From Clostridioides phage CD1801, in sequence record MW512570.1: DNA of 44,363 nucleotides; one strand, written 5' to 3'. Below the pieces are notes generated by a model that ran no database searches, was not told the origin of the DNA, and saw only the letters and a list, made by a program, of their open reading frames with translations. This document shows, in pieces, positions 28,735 through 38,689 of this stretch; positions within the stretch are counted from its first letter, which is position 1; each line of letters starts with the position of its first letter. The position numbers and the translations under genes are program-made.

Positions 28735-28878
28735 ATGAGCGAATTTTTACTAGGAGTGTTAGCTAGTTTAACAGCTAGCTTTATTACATATATTATTTCC
28801 AGAAAAGTAAAAAGCCACTCTGGCAGGAGTGACTTTGAGCTTGATGTAAAAATCAAGTTTAATAAAAAACGACATTAA
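28735..28878 (+). CDS. Type I toxin-like small membrane peptide (47 aa), paralog of 15541-15690.
   Basis: ATG after GGAGGTGG. Sequence MSEFLLGVLASLTASFITYIISRKVKSHSGRSDFELDVKIKFNKKRH. The promoter and flanking inverted repeats are conserved with the first locus. Confidence 0.6.
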   Translation: MSEFLLGVLASLTASFITYIISRKVKSHSGRSDFELDVKIKFNKKRH

Positions 28879-29428
28879 TATTTAGTTAATGAAACTTCAC
28901 TCTAGGCTAATAGATTGTAGTTTCTTTTTTTGTTTTTGATACGAATTTACATCTTTATTATATCGCATTTTGAGAAAAAATAAAACTATGAATATTAGAA
29001 ATATATTTTATTTTATCTCTAAGTATATATATTATTAGCCACCTAAAAAACTTTCATAAAAACAAAAAGAACAATATCTTTTTGGCAACTGGCTGGCATA
29101 ATTTATAAGAATTTTATAAATCTTAGTCCCTATAGCTTTGCGTCACTAATTTTCTCTAGTTTTGCCGATTTAGTTTTGTTATACAACTAAAATAATACAA
29201 TAGAATTAGTTAATGTTCAACAAGGTTGTTTGAAAATTAAATAAATTTATAGGTATGAATAGTATTTATTCCTAAAAAGGAACAGAGTATTTAAAGGTCA
29301 AGGTAAGTTAGAATAGTATTGTGAACTAACATTTGATTATGCGAAATTCTATGAAACAGGAACCCTGTGACTTTAGTCATGGGAGGTTCAGTGTATATCG
29401 CGTATTTCAATTGTTATAAGTATTTTAT

Positions 29429-29482
29429 TTATTTGGACTAACTAATAATAGCCAAGTGGATACTATATGTTAGTCCAAATAA
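29429..29482. other. Candidate attP core for the serine integrase.
   Basis: Imperfect inverted repeat TTATTTGGACTAAC...(26 nt)...GTTAGTCCAAATAA immediately after the integrase stop codon. Confidence 0.45.
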
Positions 29483-30841
29483 TTATATAAAATTAATAGT
29501 GATGTTTTTGTTATTATCTATTTCTATATAATCTATTATAGATAACCAAAAACGTCTGCGTTCAACCCTGCTTAAATCACTATACATCTCATTAATATCA
29601 ATATCTAAGAATTTTTTTATATGTGATGTATCAATAATTTGACTCTCCTGTTCTTCAGTTATATTATCTAGTTGAGATTGTAATTTTTCATAATCTTTTC
29701 TATAAGTCTCTTTATCAATCAAATCCTCTAAATATAAATCTTTGATTTTATCTAATTTTTTCATGATTTTCTTCTTTTCATCTTTTTTGTTAGATTTCTT
29801 ATTTCGTCTGATTTTTTCATTTTGTGCTTCTAATTTCACCATATGTTTATGTAATTGTGGTTTTAAGTTAGTCAAAAGGTAGTTTTCTATATGTTTTTCA
29901 TTATGAGTTACATTGTGTACACAGTTTTTATTTAGATAGAATGTAGAACATCTATAAGATAAATAAAGTTTTTCTCCAACATTACTAGAATTACCCTTTA
30001 ATGTATAACCACACTCCTTACATTTTAAAAGACCAGAAAAAATATGATAATGTATGTTTTTATTAGGAGTAGTTTTTTTATTTTTTTCTAATATTCTTTG
30101 GATTTGTTTAAATTGTTTTTTTGATATAATAGGTTCACAATAATCTTCAACATAAAATCCTCGTTTATTATAGATTCCTATATAAAGTTCATTTCTTAGT
30201 ATATTCTTTATTTTATTATAACTGTATAATTCGCCATGAAGATTATTAATTGTTTCTATTAAAGTCCTAACAGAACCTGATTTCTCGTATTCGTCAAATA
30301 TAGCTTTAACTATATATTTTTTTTCTTTATCAATAACTAGATGCTTATTTTCTATTTTGTAACCTATGGGAATTGTACCACTTATAACTTCTTTACGTCT
30401 CAATTTATCCTGAAAAACAAATTTTATTCTTTCAGATGTTTGAGCTGCTTCATTTTCTGCTACAGATAGCATAATGTTTATATGTAATCTACCAGCAGCA
30501 GTGCTAGAATCGTAGTTTTCTAAAATGGTTTTCCAATCACACTTATGTTTTTCCAAGGTTTCCATTATTTTATAATAGTTTTTAACGCCACGACTTAGTC
30601 TATCAATTTTAGTCATTAAAACTAGGTCTACTTTATCTTTTTCCACATCTCTTAATAATCGTTGTAAGTTAGGTCTTTTTAAATTAGTTGCAGAGCAACC
30701 TTCATCAATGTATTTACCAACTATGTTAAAATCATTCTCTTTAGAGTACTGTTCTAAAGCCTCTATTTGTGTCCTTATGCTATCTCCATTTAAAGCTTGT
30801 TCTTCTGTACTAACACGTATATAAAGTGCTACTCTTAACAT
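29483..30841 (-). CDS. int: Large serine recombinase (integrase).
   Basis: N-terminal resolvase motif ALYIRVSTEEQ...GDSIRTQ, a recombinase domain and a Cys-rich zinc-ribbon region. 452 aa. Confidence 0.85.
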   Translation of the reverse strand: MLRVALYIRVSTEEQALNGDSIRTQIEALEQYSKENDFNIVGKYIDEGCSATNLKRPNLQRLLRDVEKDKVDLVLMTKIDRLSRGVKNYYKIMETLEKHKCDWKTILENYDSSTAAGRLHINIMLSVAENEAAQTSERIKFVFQDKLRRKEVISGTIPIGYKIENKHLVIDKEKKYIVKAIFDEYEKSGSVRTLIETINNLHGELYSYNKIKNILRNELYIGIYNKRGFYVEDYCEPIISKKQFKQIQRILEKNKKTTPNKNIHYHIFSGLLKCKECGYTLKGNSSNVGEKLYLSYRCSTFYLNKNCVHNVTHNEKHIENYLLTNLKPQLHKHMVKLEAQNEKIRRNKKSNKKDEKKKIMKKLDKIKDLYLEDLIDKETYRKDYEKLQSQLDNITEEQESQIIDTSHIKKFLDIDINEMYSDLSRVERRRFWLSIIDYIEIDNNKNITINFI

Positions 30842-30905
30842 TTTACATTCCCCCTTATTGTATATTTAAGAGGAGCTGAACGGCTCTTAAATATACTATG
30901 AATTG

Positions 30906-31379
30906 TTACAAAAAATTTGCATTCATAATACTAAATCTTGGCTCAAAAAATATCACATAATTATCTAGTGTAGCTGAAAAACCATATTTACTTTTATAAC
31001 ATTCTAAAGCTTCATTTAGAAACTTTTCAGTTACATCAAGGTATTCTGCCATTTCGGTTATAGTCTTACAGCCAGCATTAAAACTATCTATTATACCTTT
31101 AAGACCAATTAACTTGTTGTAAGCCATCAATCTAGCTTTATATTCTTGTTTGCTATTTTCAACTTTATTTAGGTCTAATATATTTCCATATGAAGTATAA
31201 TGATGTCCTAGTTCTTCTGCTAACACACAAGCTTTTTCACTTATATTATTAAGTGTATTTTTATTTAAAGCTATTCTATTATTTTTATATAATCCATGAG
31301 AATTTGAAATTAAAGGAACTTCTCTAACAATAATATTATTATCATCTGCTTCAGAGAGTAACTTTTCATAACTATTCAT
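30906..31379 (-). CDS. ImmA/IrrE-family metallopeptidase.
   Basis: HEXXH motif (AEELGHHY). Adjacent to an XRE repressor. Confidence 0.65.
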   Translation of the reverse strand: MNSYEKLLSEADDNNIIVREVPLISNSHGLYKNNRIALNKNTLNNISEKACVLAEELGHHYTSYGNILDLNKVENSKQEYKARLMAYNKLIGLKGIIDSFNAGCKTITEMAEYLDVTEKFLNEALECYKSKYGFSATLDNYVIFFEPRFSIMNANFL

Positions 31380-31396
31380 AAGTTCACCTACCTATT

Positions 31397-31852
31397 TTAC
31401 CAATTATCCATATCATCTAAATCTTGATATATTTTTTCAATTTCTCCTTCTTCATGTAAATGTTCATTGTGTGCCGCTATTGTGTCTATGTGATTTTTAT
31501 TTACATATTTACCTATTTGAGTAAGTTCATCTACTCTTTTTATTGCTTCATTTTGTCCAATATCGTTTAAGGCATTAAAGCTTGATAAAAGCTTATTTTC
31601 TTTAATTTTAATTTGTTTGCAGTCTTCGTTCCACCCCATTATAAAAGCAGGAGATTCATCTAATGCATGTGCTAAAATTTCTAGCTTATCAAGAGGAATA
31701 TTTTTTATAGCTCCCGTTTCATATCTCTGTAAAGTGGACTTACTTAGTCCAGTCTTGTTAGCTAAATCTTGATAAGACATATTAAGTTCTAATCGTTTAT
31801 TTTTTATTCTATTTGTAATCTCCAACATTTTTAAATCATTTTCAGTATTCAA
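31397..31852 (-). CDS. CI-like XRE-family repressor.
   Basis: HTH MSYQDLANKTGLSKSTLQRYETG. A TTG start after GAGGTGA is more likely than the longer 31993 start. Divergent from a cro-like gene. Confidence 0.65.
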   Translation of the reverse strand: MNTENDLKMLEITNRIKNKRLELNMSYQDLANKTGLSKSTLQRYETGAIKNIPLDKLEILAHALDESPAFIMGWNEDCKQIKIKENKLLSSFNALNDIGQNEAIKRVDELTQIGKYVNKNHIDTIAAHNEHLHEEGEIEKIYQDLDDMDNW

Positions 31853-31894
31853 ATTTATCACCTCTATAAAATATATTATAAAGTATTTTTTCAT

Positions 31895-31972
31895 AAATGC
31901 AACACATATATTGGAAAATATAAAAAAATGTTGCATTTTTGACTTGACAATATAAAATGGATGTATTAATAT
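31895..31972. promoter_or_regulatory. Lysogeny-switch region: operator-like inverted repeat plus a rightward promoter.
   Basis: Perfect 10-bp arms AAATGCAACA at 31895-31904 and TGTTGCATTT at 31929-31938. TTGACTTGACA -35 elements and TAATAT -10 upstream of the cro-like gene. Confidence 0.45.
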
Positions 31973-32005
31973 TGAATTATCCCAAATAAGCAACGAGGTG
32001 ATGGA

Positions 32006-32227
32006 ATGAATATAAGTAAATTAAAAGGAAAAATGGTCGAAAAGAAATACACTCAAAAGAAATTAGCAGAAGAGTTGGGTATGACTGTTCAAGCTTTAAA
32101 TGCAAAATTAAATAATCGTTCACAATTCAAGATTGAAGAAGCAGTTAAGATATCAAATATTTTGCAAATCGAAGAGCCTGGTGAGATTTTTTTTGACAAT
32201 TATATCCCAAAAATGCAACGAAATTAA
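32006..32227 (+). CDS. Cro-like XRE HTH protein.
   Basis: HTH YTQKKLAEELGMTVQALNAKLNN. Divergent from the repressor. Confidence 0.6.
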   Translation: MNISKLKGKMVEKKYTQKKLAEELGMTVQALNAKLNNRSQFKIEEAVKISNILQIEEPGEIFFDNYIPKMQRN

Positions 32228-32274
32228 ATAAGAAAACCTAACAGATAAAAATTAAAACTAGGGAGGTAGAAATT

Positions 32275-33069
32275 ATGAGTAATAATTTACAAGTAATAGA
32301 AAGAAACAACAAAAGAGTTCTAACTACACAGCAACTAGCAGATGTATATGAAACTGACTCAAAGAATATAAGTAACAATTTCAACAATAACAAAGATAGG
32401 TTTATTGAAGGTAAACATTATTTTTTATTACAAGGTGATGATTTAAAGAATTTTAAAGGTATTCATACAGAATATGAAAACCTAAAATTTGCTTCAAAAA
32501 TGTATCTTTGGACTGAAAGAGGAGCAAATAGGCACTGCAAAATATTAGATACTGATAAAGCTTGGGAGCAATTTGACAACTTAGAGGAAACATATTTCAA
32601 GGTTAAACAACAGAAACCAACCTGTATAGAAGATGTATTAATAGAAAGTTTAAAAGAAATGAAAGATTTAAGACTTCAAGTTAATCAAGCTAATAATATT
32701 GCATTAGAAGCAAAGACAGAGGTTAAAACAATAAAAGAGGTTGTTTCATTGAATGCTACAGACTGGAGAAAAGATACACAACAACTAATTGCAAAGATAG
32801 CAAAGAAACAAGGTGGCTTTGAACATATAAATATGCTTAGAAGAGAGAGTTATGAGTTGCTAAACAATAGGTTTGGAGTTGACTTAAACAGAAGATTAAT
32901 CAATAAAAGAAGAAAGATGGCAGAAGAAGGTGTATCTGAATCTAAAAGAGAGAAAGTTAACAATTTAGATGTAATACAAGATGATAAGAAACTCATAGAG
33001 GGGTATGTGGCTATTGTAAAAGATATGGCTTTAAAATACGGAATATCAAGTGATTTAAGTAAGAATTAG
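32275..33069 (+). CDS. Antirepressor (ORF6N/Bro-N-like N-domain).
   Basis: N-terminal RVLTTQQLADVYETDSKNISNNFNNNKDRFIEGKHYF is typical of ORF6N antirepressors. Confidence 0.6.
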   Translation: MSNNLQVIERNNKRVLTTQQLADVYETDSKNISNNFNNNKDRFIEGKHYFLLQGDDLKNFKGIHTEYENLKFASKMYLWTERGANRHCKILDTDKAWEQFDNLEETYFKVKQQKPTCIEDVLIESLKEMKDLRLQVNQANNIALEAKTEVKTIKEVVSLNATDWRKDTQQLIAKIAKKQGGFEHINMLRRESYELLNNRFGVDLNRRLINKRRKMAEEGVSESKREKVNNLDVIQDDKKLIEGYVAIVKDMALKYGISSDLSKN

Positions 33070-33134
33070 GTTAAATAAAATTAGCACTTTGAAAACTAAA
33101 TACGGAATATTTTGAAAATAGAGGGGTGATTTAA

Positions 33135-33323
33135 ATGGGTAAAAAAAGTGAATACACAGTAACAACAGTTGGTGAACCAAATTTAGATGCATTAGGCGAA
33201 ACTTTAGCTAAAATTCTTACAGAGAAATTTGGGGTACTAATAACTCATACATACATTGAGAACTATTATGTTGATAAAGAGAGAGGGGGTGATGTAGATG
33301 GAGCTATTGAAAGTGAACTTTAA
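33135..33323 (+). CDS. Hypothetical small protein.
   Basis: ORF with an SD. Confidence 0.3.
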   Translation: MGKKSEYTVTTVGEPNLDALGETLAKILTEKFGVLITHTYIENYYVDKERGGDVDGAIESEL

Positions 33324-33525
33324 TCTAGAGAAATTAAAAATAGGAAATGTAGTGAGTGTAAGTTCTAAGAGGTTTGGGTTCAATATTAATTGTATTGTAG
33401 TAGTAGCAACTGAGGAGGAACTAAATTTAGCTTATTATAGCAAAGATAAGGGATGTATTGAGTATCAAGCATTGATACCAGAGGATATTAGATATGGTGA
33501 TTATATTCTTGAAAGATTAGGTTAG
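33298..33525 (+). CDS. Hypothetical small protein.
   Basis: ORF that overlaps the previous gene. Confidence 0.3.
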   Translation: MELLKVNFNLEKLKIGNVVSVSSKRFGFNINCIVVVATEEELNLAYYSKDKGCIEYQALIPEDIRYGDYILERLG

Positions 33526-33536
33526 GAGGAAATAAA

Positions 33537-33605
33537 ATGGCAGCTTTAATAATAGTAGGTTTATTTGCAATATGTTTAGTAGGATTAGTTCAAAATAGAG
33601 ATTAA
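33537..33605 (+). CDS. 22-aa hydrophobic peptide (MAALIIVGLFAICLVGLVQNRD).
   Basis: Strong SD TTAGGAGGAAATAAAATG. Single TM-like segment. Not in the ORF track because of its size. Confidence 0.3.
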   Translation: MAALIIVGLFAICLVGLVQNRD

Positions 33606-33624
33606 TTAAAAAGGGGGTTTAATT

Positions 33625-33942
33625 ATGGAAAGTTTAAAAATAGTAAAACAATATGTTGAAGGACAGTTAAATTTATCTAGTTTAGAAATAGACAAAAATA
33701 AGGAGACTTATGAGATTCTCAAAAATAAATCTAGCAGAGATATGTTAGATGACATTAATTTAAATGATGCATTAAGAGAAGTAACAGTAAACGAAAGATT
33801 AAAAATATTTGCTGAGTCATTACTAGAGTTGTTAGATACACAAATCAAAATAAAAGAGAGTGAAGAAAGTGAGGACTATAAAAGACTTTGTATGTACTTA
33901 GACGAATTTGGAAGAGATATACCTATAGATGTTCAGATATAA
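33625..33942 (+). CDS. Hypothetical protein.
   Basis: ORF with the SD AAAAGGGGG. Confidence 0.35.
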   Translation: MESLKIVKQYVEGQLNLSSLEIDKNKETYEILKNKSSRDMLDDINLNDALREVTVNERLKIFAESLLELLDTQIKIKESEESEDYKRLCMYLDEFGRDIPIDVQI

Positions 33943-34022
33943 GAAAAGAGCCATTGCGACTGGCTCAATTCAAAAACAAAAAATAAAGTTATTAACATGT
34001 ATTATAGCATAAGGGGGAAGAA

Positions 34023-34298
34023 ATGAAAAGTAGAAATGAGATAATTAAGGATTTAGAAGATAGATTATTTTTATTAAGATTTACAACAGTAGATGAAGTA
34101 GATTGGGATATAAAATTTGGACAAATATCAGCATTAGAATTTTGTATAGATAAACATAGAAAAGGATGTACGTTAGAACAATTCAAAGAACATTTAGACA
34201 AATACAAATTACAAGGGAACTGTGGTGATTATATAGATGGCTTTGTATCAGTTTTAAGAAGAAATATAAAAGAGATGGAGGGGTTAGAAAATGAATAA
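34023..34298 (+). CDS. Hypothetical protein.
   Basis: ORF with the SD AGGGGGAAG. Confidence 0.35.
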   Translation: MKSRNEIIKDLEDRLFLLRFTTVDEVDWDIKFGQISALEFCIDKHRKGCTLEQFKEHLDKYKLQGNCGDYIDGFVSVLRRNIKEMEGLENE

Positions 34299-35193
34299 CA
34301 AAGCTTTAGAATTAGCAACATGTACTTTAGAATCGGGTCAAATACTTGATTACATGACAGTAAAGAATTACTTAGTAAGTGGAAATGGAAATGTAACAGA
34401 CCAAGAAGTACTAATGTTTATAGAATTATGTAAGGCTCAAAAATTAAATCCATTTATAAAAGAAGCATATTTAATAAAGTTTGGTAATTCACCAGCAAAT
34501 ATAGTAGTTGGTAAAGATGTATTTGTAAAAAGAGCAAATAAAAATCCTAACTTTGAAGGTATGAAAGCAGGAATAGTAACTGTAAATAAAAACGGAGAAG
34601 TATTTGAAAGAGAGGGCAGTTTAAAGCTACCACAAGAGGAACTAATTGGTGGATGGTGTGAAGTATCAGTTAGAGGAATGAAGTTTCCTATAAAGTCTGT
34701 AGTGTCTTTAGAAGAGTATTCAAAGAGCCAAGCCCTTTGGAAACAAATGCCTTGTGTCATGATAAGAAAATGTGCTATTGTTACAGCTTTAAGAGAAGCA
34801 TTCCCAGAAGATTTACAAGGATTATATGATAGTGCAGAAATAAAGACTGTACCCGATAAATTACCTCAGAAACCTATTGAAATAGGAAAGGCAAGTCCAT
34901 CGCAAAAACAAGGAATACTTAAACTAGCATCAATGAAAGGTTTGTATGATTATGAGAATAAAAAAGATACATCAAAGTTAGAGAAATTTTGTGAAAGTAA
35001 TGGATTTGATTTAAAAGAACTAAAATTTGAGGAAGTAGATGAATTAATTGAATTACTAAGTGAATATGAACCAAAAGATGATTTTATAGATGCTGAGTTT
35101 GAAGAGGTGAAAGAGGATGAAGTAGAAATAAAAGAAGAAGCTGAAAATATAGATGGTCAAGTTAGTATGGAAGATAATATGAATTTTGAATAA
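34291..35193 (+). CDS. RecT/Bet-like single-strand annealing protein.
   Basis: The central region LNPFIKEAYLIKFG...IVVGKDV resembles the RecT family. Acidic C-terminal tail. Placed in the early region. Confidence 0.45.
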   Translation: MNNKALELATCTLESGQILDYMTVKNYLVSGNGNVTDQEVLMFIELCKAQKLNPFIKEAYLIKFGNSPANIVVGKDVFVKRANKNPNFEGMKAGIVTVNKNGEVFEREGSLKLPQEELIGGWCEVSVRGMKFPIKSVVSLEEYSKSQALWKQMPCVMIRKCAIVTALREAFPEDLQGLYDSAEIKTVPDKLPQKPIEIGKASPSQKQGILKLASMKGLYDYENKKDTSKLEKFCESNGFDLKELKFEEVDELIELLSEYEPKDDFIDAEFEEVKEDEVEIKEEAENIDGQVSMEDNMNFE

Positions 35194-35205
35194 GTAGGTG
35201 ATAGA

Positions 35206-36075
35206 GTGGCAGTTTTCAGACAGATATATACAAGCTTTTGGACTGACCCAAAAGTGCAGGAAGAATTTTCAGTGGAAGATAAAACATTCTTTATGTATTT
35301 ACTTACTAATTCTCATTCAACTCAAATAGGGATATATCAAATAACTAAAAAGCAAATTGCATTTGAGATAGGATGGACTTTAGAAGTAGCTAATGCAGTT
35401 ATGGATAGATTTATCAATCATCATAAGAATATCAAATACAATACAGAAACTAGGGAAATCGCTATAAAGAATTGGGGAAAATATAACTTAACTAAAGGTG
35501 GTAAACCAATTATAGATTTACTTAATAAAGAGCTCAAAGAAGTTAAAGATATTGAGTTAATAAAATATGTAATTCCATCAATAGAAAAATCAGATATAAG
35601 AAAAATATTTGAGGATTATTACGAAATGGCTAAAAATGGGGATTCTTACGATACGTCGACGATACGTGAACGAGTCGTACCACGATACGGGGACAATAAC
35701 AATAAGAATAACAATAAGAATAACAATAAGAATAACAACAACAATAAGGATGATTCGGTGGTTGTGGATAAAATTAAAACATATTTTGATTTAGAATCTA
35801 AGGACCTAGAAAAAATTGTTGATGTATTCATACATACAGAAAAAGGAATTGATTATTTAGAGGAAAAACTAAGGTTGGTTAAAAATACAGATAATGTAAA
35901 AAGTGTTACAGGTTATCTTATAAAAGCATTAGAAGAAGATTATAAGCCTATACCGAGCAGAAAAAATAAGACTAAGTTTCATAATTTTAACGAGACATTT
36001 ACTAAGTATACGTCTGATGAACTAGACGAGATTATTAAAAAGAGTCAGAAAGAGAAGTTTGGAGTAGGGAGTTAA
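35206..36075 (+). CDS. Phage replisome organiser (N-terminal domain family).
   Basis: N-terminal RQIYTSFWTDPKV matches the replisome-organiser N-domain signature. Confidence 0.6.
   Translation: MAVFRQIYTSFWTDPKVQEEFSVEDKTFFMYLLTNSHSTQIGIYQITKKQIAFEIGWTLEVANAVMDRFINHHKNIKYNTETREIAIKNWGKYNLTKGGKPIIDLLNKELKEVKDIELIKYVIPSIEKSDIRKIFEDYYEMAKNGDSYDTSTIRERVVPRYGDNNNKNNNKNNNKNNNNNKDDSVVVDKIKTYFDLESKDLEKIVDVFIHTEKGIDYLEEKLRLVKNTDNVKSVTGYLIKALEEDYKPIPSRKNKTKFHNFNETFTKYTSDELDEIIKKSQKEKFGVGS
35690..35750 (+). repeat. Tandem 12-bp repeat (AATAACAATAAG, ~4 copies) encoding an NNNK linker.
   Basis: Direct repeats inside the replisome-organiser ORF. They generate spurious ORFs on both strands. Confidence 0.7.
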
Positions 36076-36119
36076 TATAACTATTAACTTCCTAGAAGTT
36101 AATATTGGAGGGATAAAAG

Positions 36120-36518
36120 ATGGAGTTAAAATTTAGAGAATGGAATAAAAATGGTAAAGAAATGTATAGTTATGATGAAATGGTGTGCTATTCTAAAAAT
36201 TTGCTTAGAGAGTGGGTTTATAGTGGTGTTTATTTACCAACAAGCAATGAAAATTTTGAGGTTATGATATATACAGGTTTGAAAGATTGTATTAAAAAAG
36301 AAATCTATGAGGGTGATATTGTTTCATACATCTTATCATTTGAAGAATTTATAGGAGAGGTAAAATTTGAAGAAGGTTTCTTTGTAATAGATAATGAAGT
36401 GCTAGGAGAATGCGTTGGGTTATTTCATGAAATTGCAGTGGTTAAAGTTATTGGCAATATATATGAAAATCCTGAGATGTTAGAAAAGATAAGAAAGTCT
36501 AAAGTGTTGGAGGGATAA
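36120..36518 (+). CDS. YopX-family protein.
   Basis: C-terminal GNIYENPEMLE is typical of YopX. Confidence 0.55.
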   Translation: MELKFREWNKNGKEMYSYDEMVCYSKNLLREWVYSGVYLPTSNENFEVMIYTGLKDCIKKEIYEGDIVSYILSFEEFIGEVKFEEGFFVIDNEVLGECVGLFHEIAVVKVIGNIYENPEMLEKIRKSKVLEG

Positions 36519-36519
36519 A

Positions 36520-36741
36520 ATGAGATTTGAGATAGGTAAAACTTATAAGTTTGATAGAGAGAAATTTATAGCATGCAATGGTATAGAACACTATAAAAGA
36601 TGTGAAGAACTTTGGATTGAAGATGTTGAAGGTGTTGAATTTACTGTTGAAAAAACTTTTGATGATGGCTATGTTTGTCATCCAAATGAATTTCAGTTTA
36701 ATTTTGGTGTAATTTCGGAATGGTGTGTTGAAGTTAAATAA
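36520..36741 (+). CDS. Hypothetical protein.
   Basis: ORF. Confidence 0.3.
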   Translation: MRFEIGKTYKFDREKFIACNGIEHYKRCEELWIEDVEGVEFTVEKTFDDGYVCHPNEFQFNFGVISEWCVEVK

Positions 36742-36758
36742 GGTAGGGGGTATTAGAG

Positions 36759-37016
36759 ATGATAATAATTAGAAGTCAAGATAAAACAGATTTAGTGAAA
36801 GCTGATTGGATAAATGTTGATAAAGAATATGTATATGCCGTGTTTGGAGAAATAAACAACTTTAAGGAAATAGGAAAATATGAGGATGAAAAAAGAGCTA
36901 TGCAGGTATTAGATAATATACAAAGATTTATTGAAGGTGGGACTAGAACGGACTCTATAGACAGTTATAAGGTTAGAAGTTATAGAAATAGAATATTTCA
37001 AATGCCAATTAAATAA
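36759..37016 (+). CDS. Hypothetical protein.
   Basis: ORF with the SD GGTAGGGGG. Confidence 0.3.
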   Translation: MIIIRSQDKTDLVKADWINVDKEYVYAVFGEINNFKEIGKYEDEKRAMQVLDNIQRFIEGGTRTDSIDSYKVRSYRNRIFQMPIK

Positions 37017-37029
37017 AGGGGGAAAGAAC

Positions 37030-37383
37030 ATGGCTAAAATTTGGATGGACGCAGGAGAATTGTTAGAAAAAACTATTGATATAGAAGATATGTTTGGATG
37101 TAATCTAAGTAAAATGAGAAATAAAAGTAAACAAAAAGGTTTAGTTGGTAGAACAAATTCTAAAGGTCAAGGAAGAAAAAGTAAGAAAGTAGAGTGTACT
37201 AACATTATTACTGGAGAGAGTAAAATATTTGTCAGTGCTGTCGAAGCAAGTAAATATTTATATTTTACAGAACTTCATATTACTCGTCTAGCAAGAACAG
37301 GAAAGACTACTAAAAATGGTTGGAAAGTTAGATATATTCAAGAGGTGTCAGATGGTATTAGCAAATGTGGAACAAGTAATTAA
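37030..37383 (+). CDS. Hypothetical, possibly DNA-binding.
   Basis: Basic; the C-terminal region is HTH-like. Confidence 0.3.
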   Translation: MAKIWMDAGELLEKTIDIEDMFGCNLSKMRNKSKQKGLVGRTNSKGQGRKSKKVECTNIITGESKIFVSAVEASKYLYFTELHITRLARTGKTTKNGWKVRYIQEVSDGISKCGTSN

Positions 37384-37487
37384 GTTAGTTGAAAAGATAT
37401 TAAATAAGAAAAAGTGTTCTGTTAATAAAGCTATTGATATAGCTATAAAAATATTAAGTAAATATGAGTGCGAGGGGATGATTAGAA

Positions 37488-37667
37488 ATGAGTTTAATTA
37501 AGTATAGAGGTTATGATTTTGAGAATGAGAAGTGGATTTATTCAAATACGATAAAGTGGAGTGATGCAGAGTGTAGTTGTTGCATTTATGCAAATAAAGA
37601 TGATTGTTATCCAACTAGTTGTGTTACAGGATGCGAAAAGTGGCTTGACATGGAGGTAGAGCTATAA
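37488..37667 (+). CDS. Small Cys-rich protein (59 aa).
   Basis: ATG at 37488. Motifs CSCC...C...CVTGC. Below the ORF-track size cutoff. Confidence 0.3.
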   Translation: MSLIKYRGYDFENEKWIYSNTIKWSDAECSCCIYANKDDCYPTSCVTGCEKWLDMEVEL

Positions 37668-37833
37668 AAATTTGAAGTGATGAAATAAGCAAAGAAATAG
37701 AAAGATTAAAAGAATTTTTATATACAGAAAATATCTAATTAAAACAGTTTAGAGAGTTGCAAAATGTCTTTTAGTATAAATTATCATTGAGATGTTTTGT
37801 GACTCTCAAAAATGAAAATAAGGAGTATTTAAA

Positions 37834-38073
37834 ATGAAAAAATATAAAATTAAGTTTGAGGAAAAAGTGACTTTAGAACATGAAGTTATAGTTGAAATTC
37901 CAAACGAAATAAATATAAATGATATTTGTAACTGTATAGAGAATAAATGTCAAAGAGTATATGATATAGCAGATTATATAAGAGAATTTAATGGGAGACA
38001 AATAGATTTTACAGAAGATACTTGTGGAGAGACTGAAATGGTAGTTGAATCATTTAGAAAATGCAAGGAGTGA
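37834..38073 (+). CDS. Hypothetical protein.
   Basis: ORF with the SD AAGGAG. Confidence 0.35.
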   Translation: MKKYKIKFEEKVTLEHEVIVEIPNEININDICNCIENKCQRVYDIADYIREFNGRQIDFTEDTCGETEMVVESFRKCKE

Positions 38074-38245
38074 GCATATGACTAATAAAGAAATGTGCAA
38101 GTTAAAAAATCTTGATGAAAGAGAAGTGTATAAGGAATTTGGGAAAGAGATTTGTGGTAGTTGCAAGAATAATAAGGGAGATTGTGAAAGTAAAAATTGT
38201 AGTGAAGCATGTAAAAATTGGCTAGAGAAGGTGTGTAAATCTTGA
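38045..38245 (+). CDS. Small Cys-rich protein.
   Basis: Motifs CGSCKNNKGDCESKNCSEACKNW. Confidence 0.3.
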   Translation: MNHLENARSEHMTNKEMCKLKNLDEREVYKEFGKEICGSCKNNKGDCESKNCSEACKNWLEKVCKS

Positions 38246-38595
38246 CTGAACTAGGAGAGCTTCTTAGAGAAATAAGAGAAGAAGAAGGCGAATACATATC
38301 TGATATGGCTAAAAGATTAAATATTAGTTGTGAGGATATATATGCAATTAACAGAGGTAAAAGAGAATTAAGTAAAAATGAAATTAACAATGTTGTAAAA
38401 AAATATGAGCTAGAGGGAGAACATCTATATTTGCTTAAAAATATTACACATAAAGATAAGTTATTTGATATAGCATGCAATGAATGCGGAAGTAAAAATG
38501 TAGCTATAGGAATGTTTGATGTAGCAAATGACATCATAGAATTTAGATGCAGAAACTGCAATATGATAGATGTAGTAAGTGTAGATTTCTATTGA
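38242..38595 (+). CDS. HTH plus Zn-ribbon protein.
   Basis: N-terminal HTH-like region and a C-terminal CNECG...CRNCN. Confidence 0.35.
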   Translation: MTELGELLREIREEEGEYISDMAKRLNISCEDIYAINRGKRELSKNEINNVVKKYELEGEHLYLLKNITHKDKLFDIACNECGSKNVAIGMFDVANDIIEFRCRNCNMIDVVSVDFY

Positions 38596-38689
38596 GAAGA
38601 TTTAAATAATTTAAATAGTCAAAGTGAAGTTTATAAATGAAACTAGAATGTTATAGACTTACTTTGACTTATAAAAAGGAGTGTATTAA

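Noticed and set aside
31853-31993. A longer N-terminus for the CI-like repressor (the ORF-track start at 31993).
   Set aside because: The extension is hydrophobic junk that overlaps the divergent promoter and operator region. The TTG at 31852 with the GAGGTGA SD gives a standard HTH N-terminus.
35609-35831. Two 61-aa ORFs on both strands with ITIR/LLLF repeats.
   Set aside because: They are generated by the 12-bp tandem repeat inside the replisome-organiser gene and are not independent genes.
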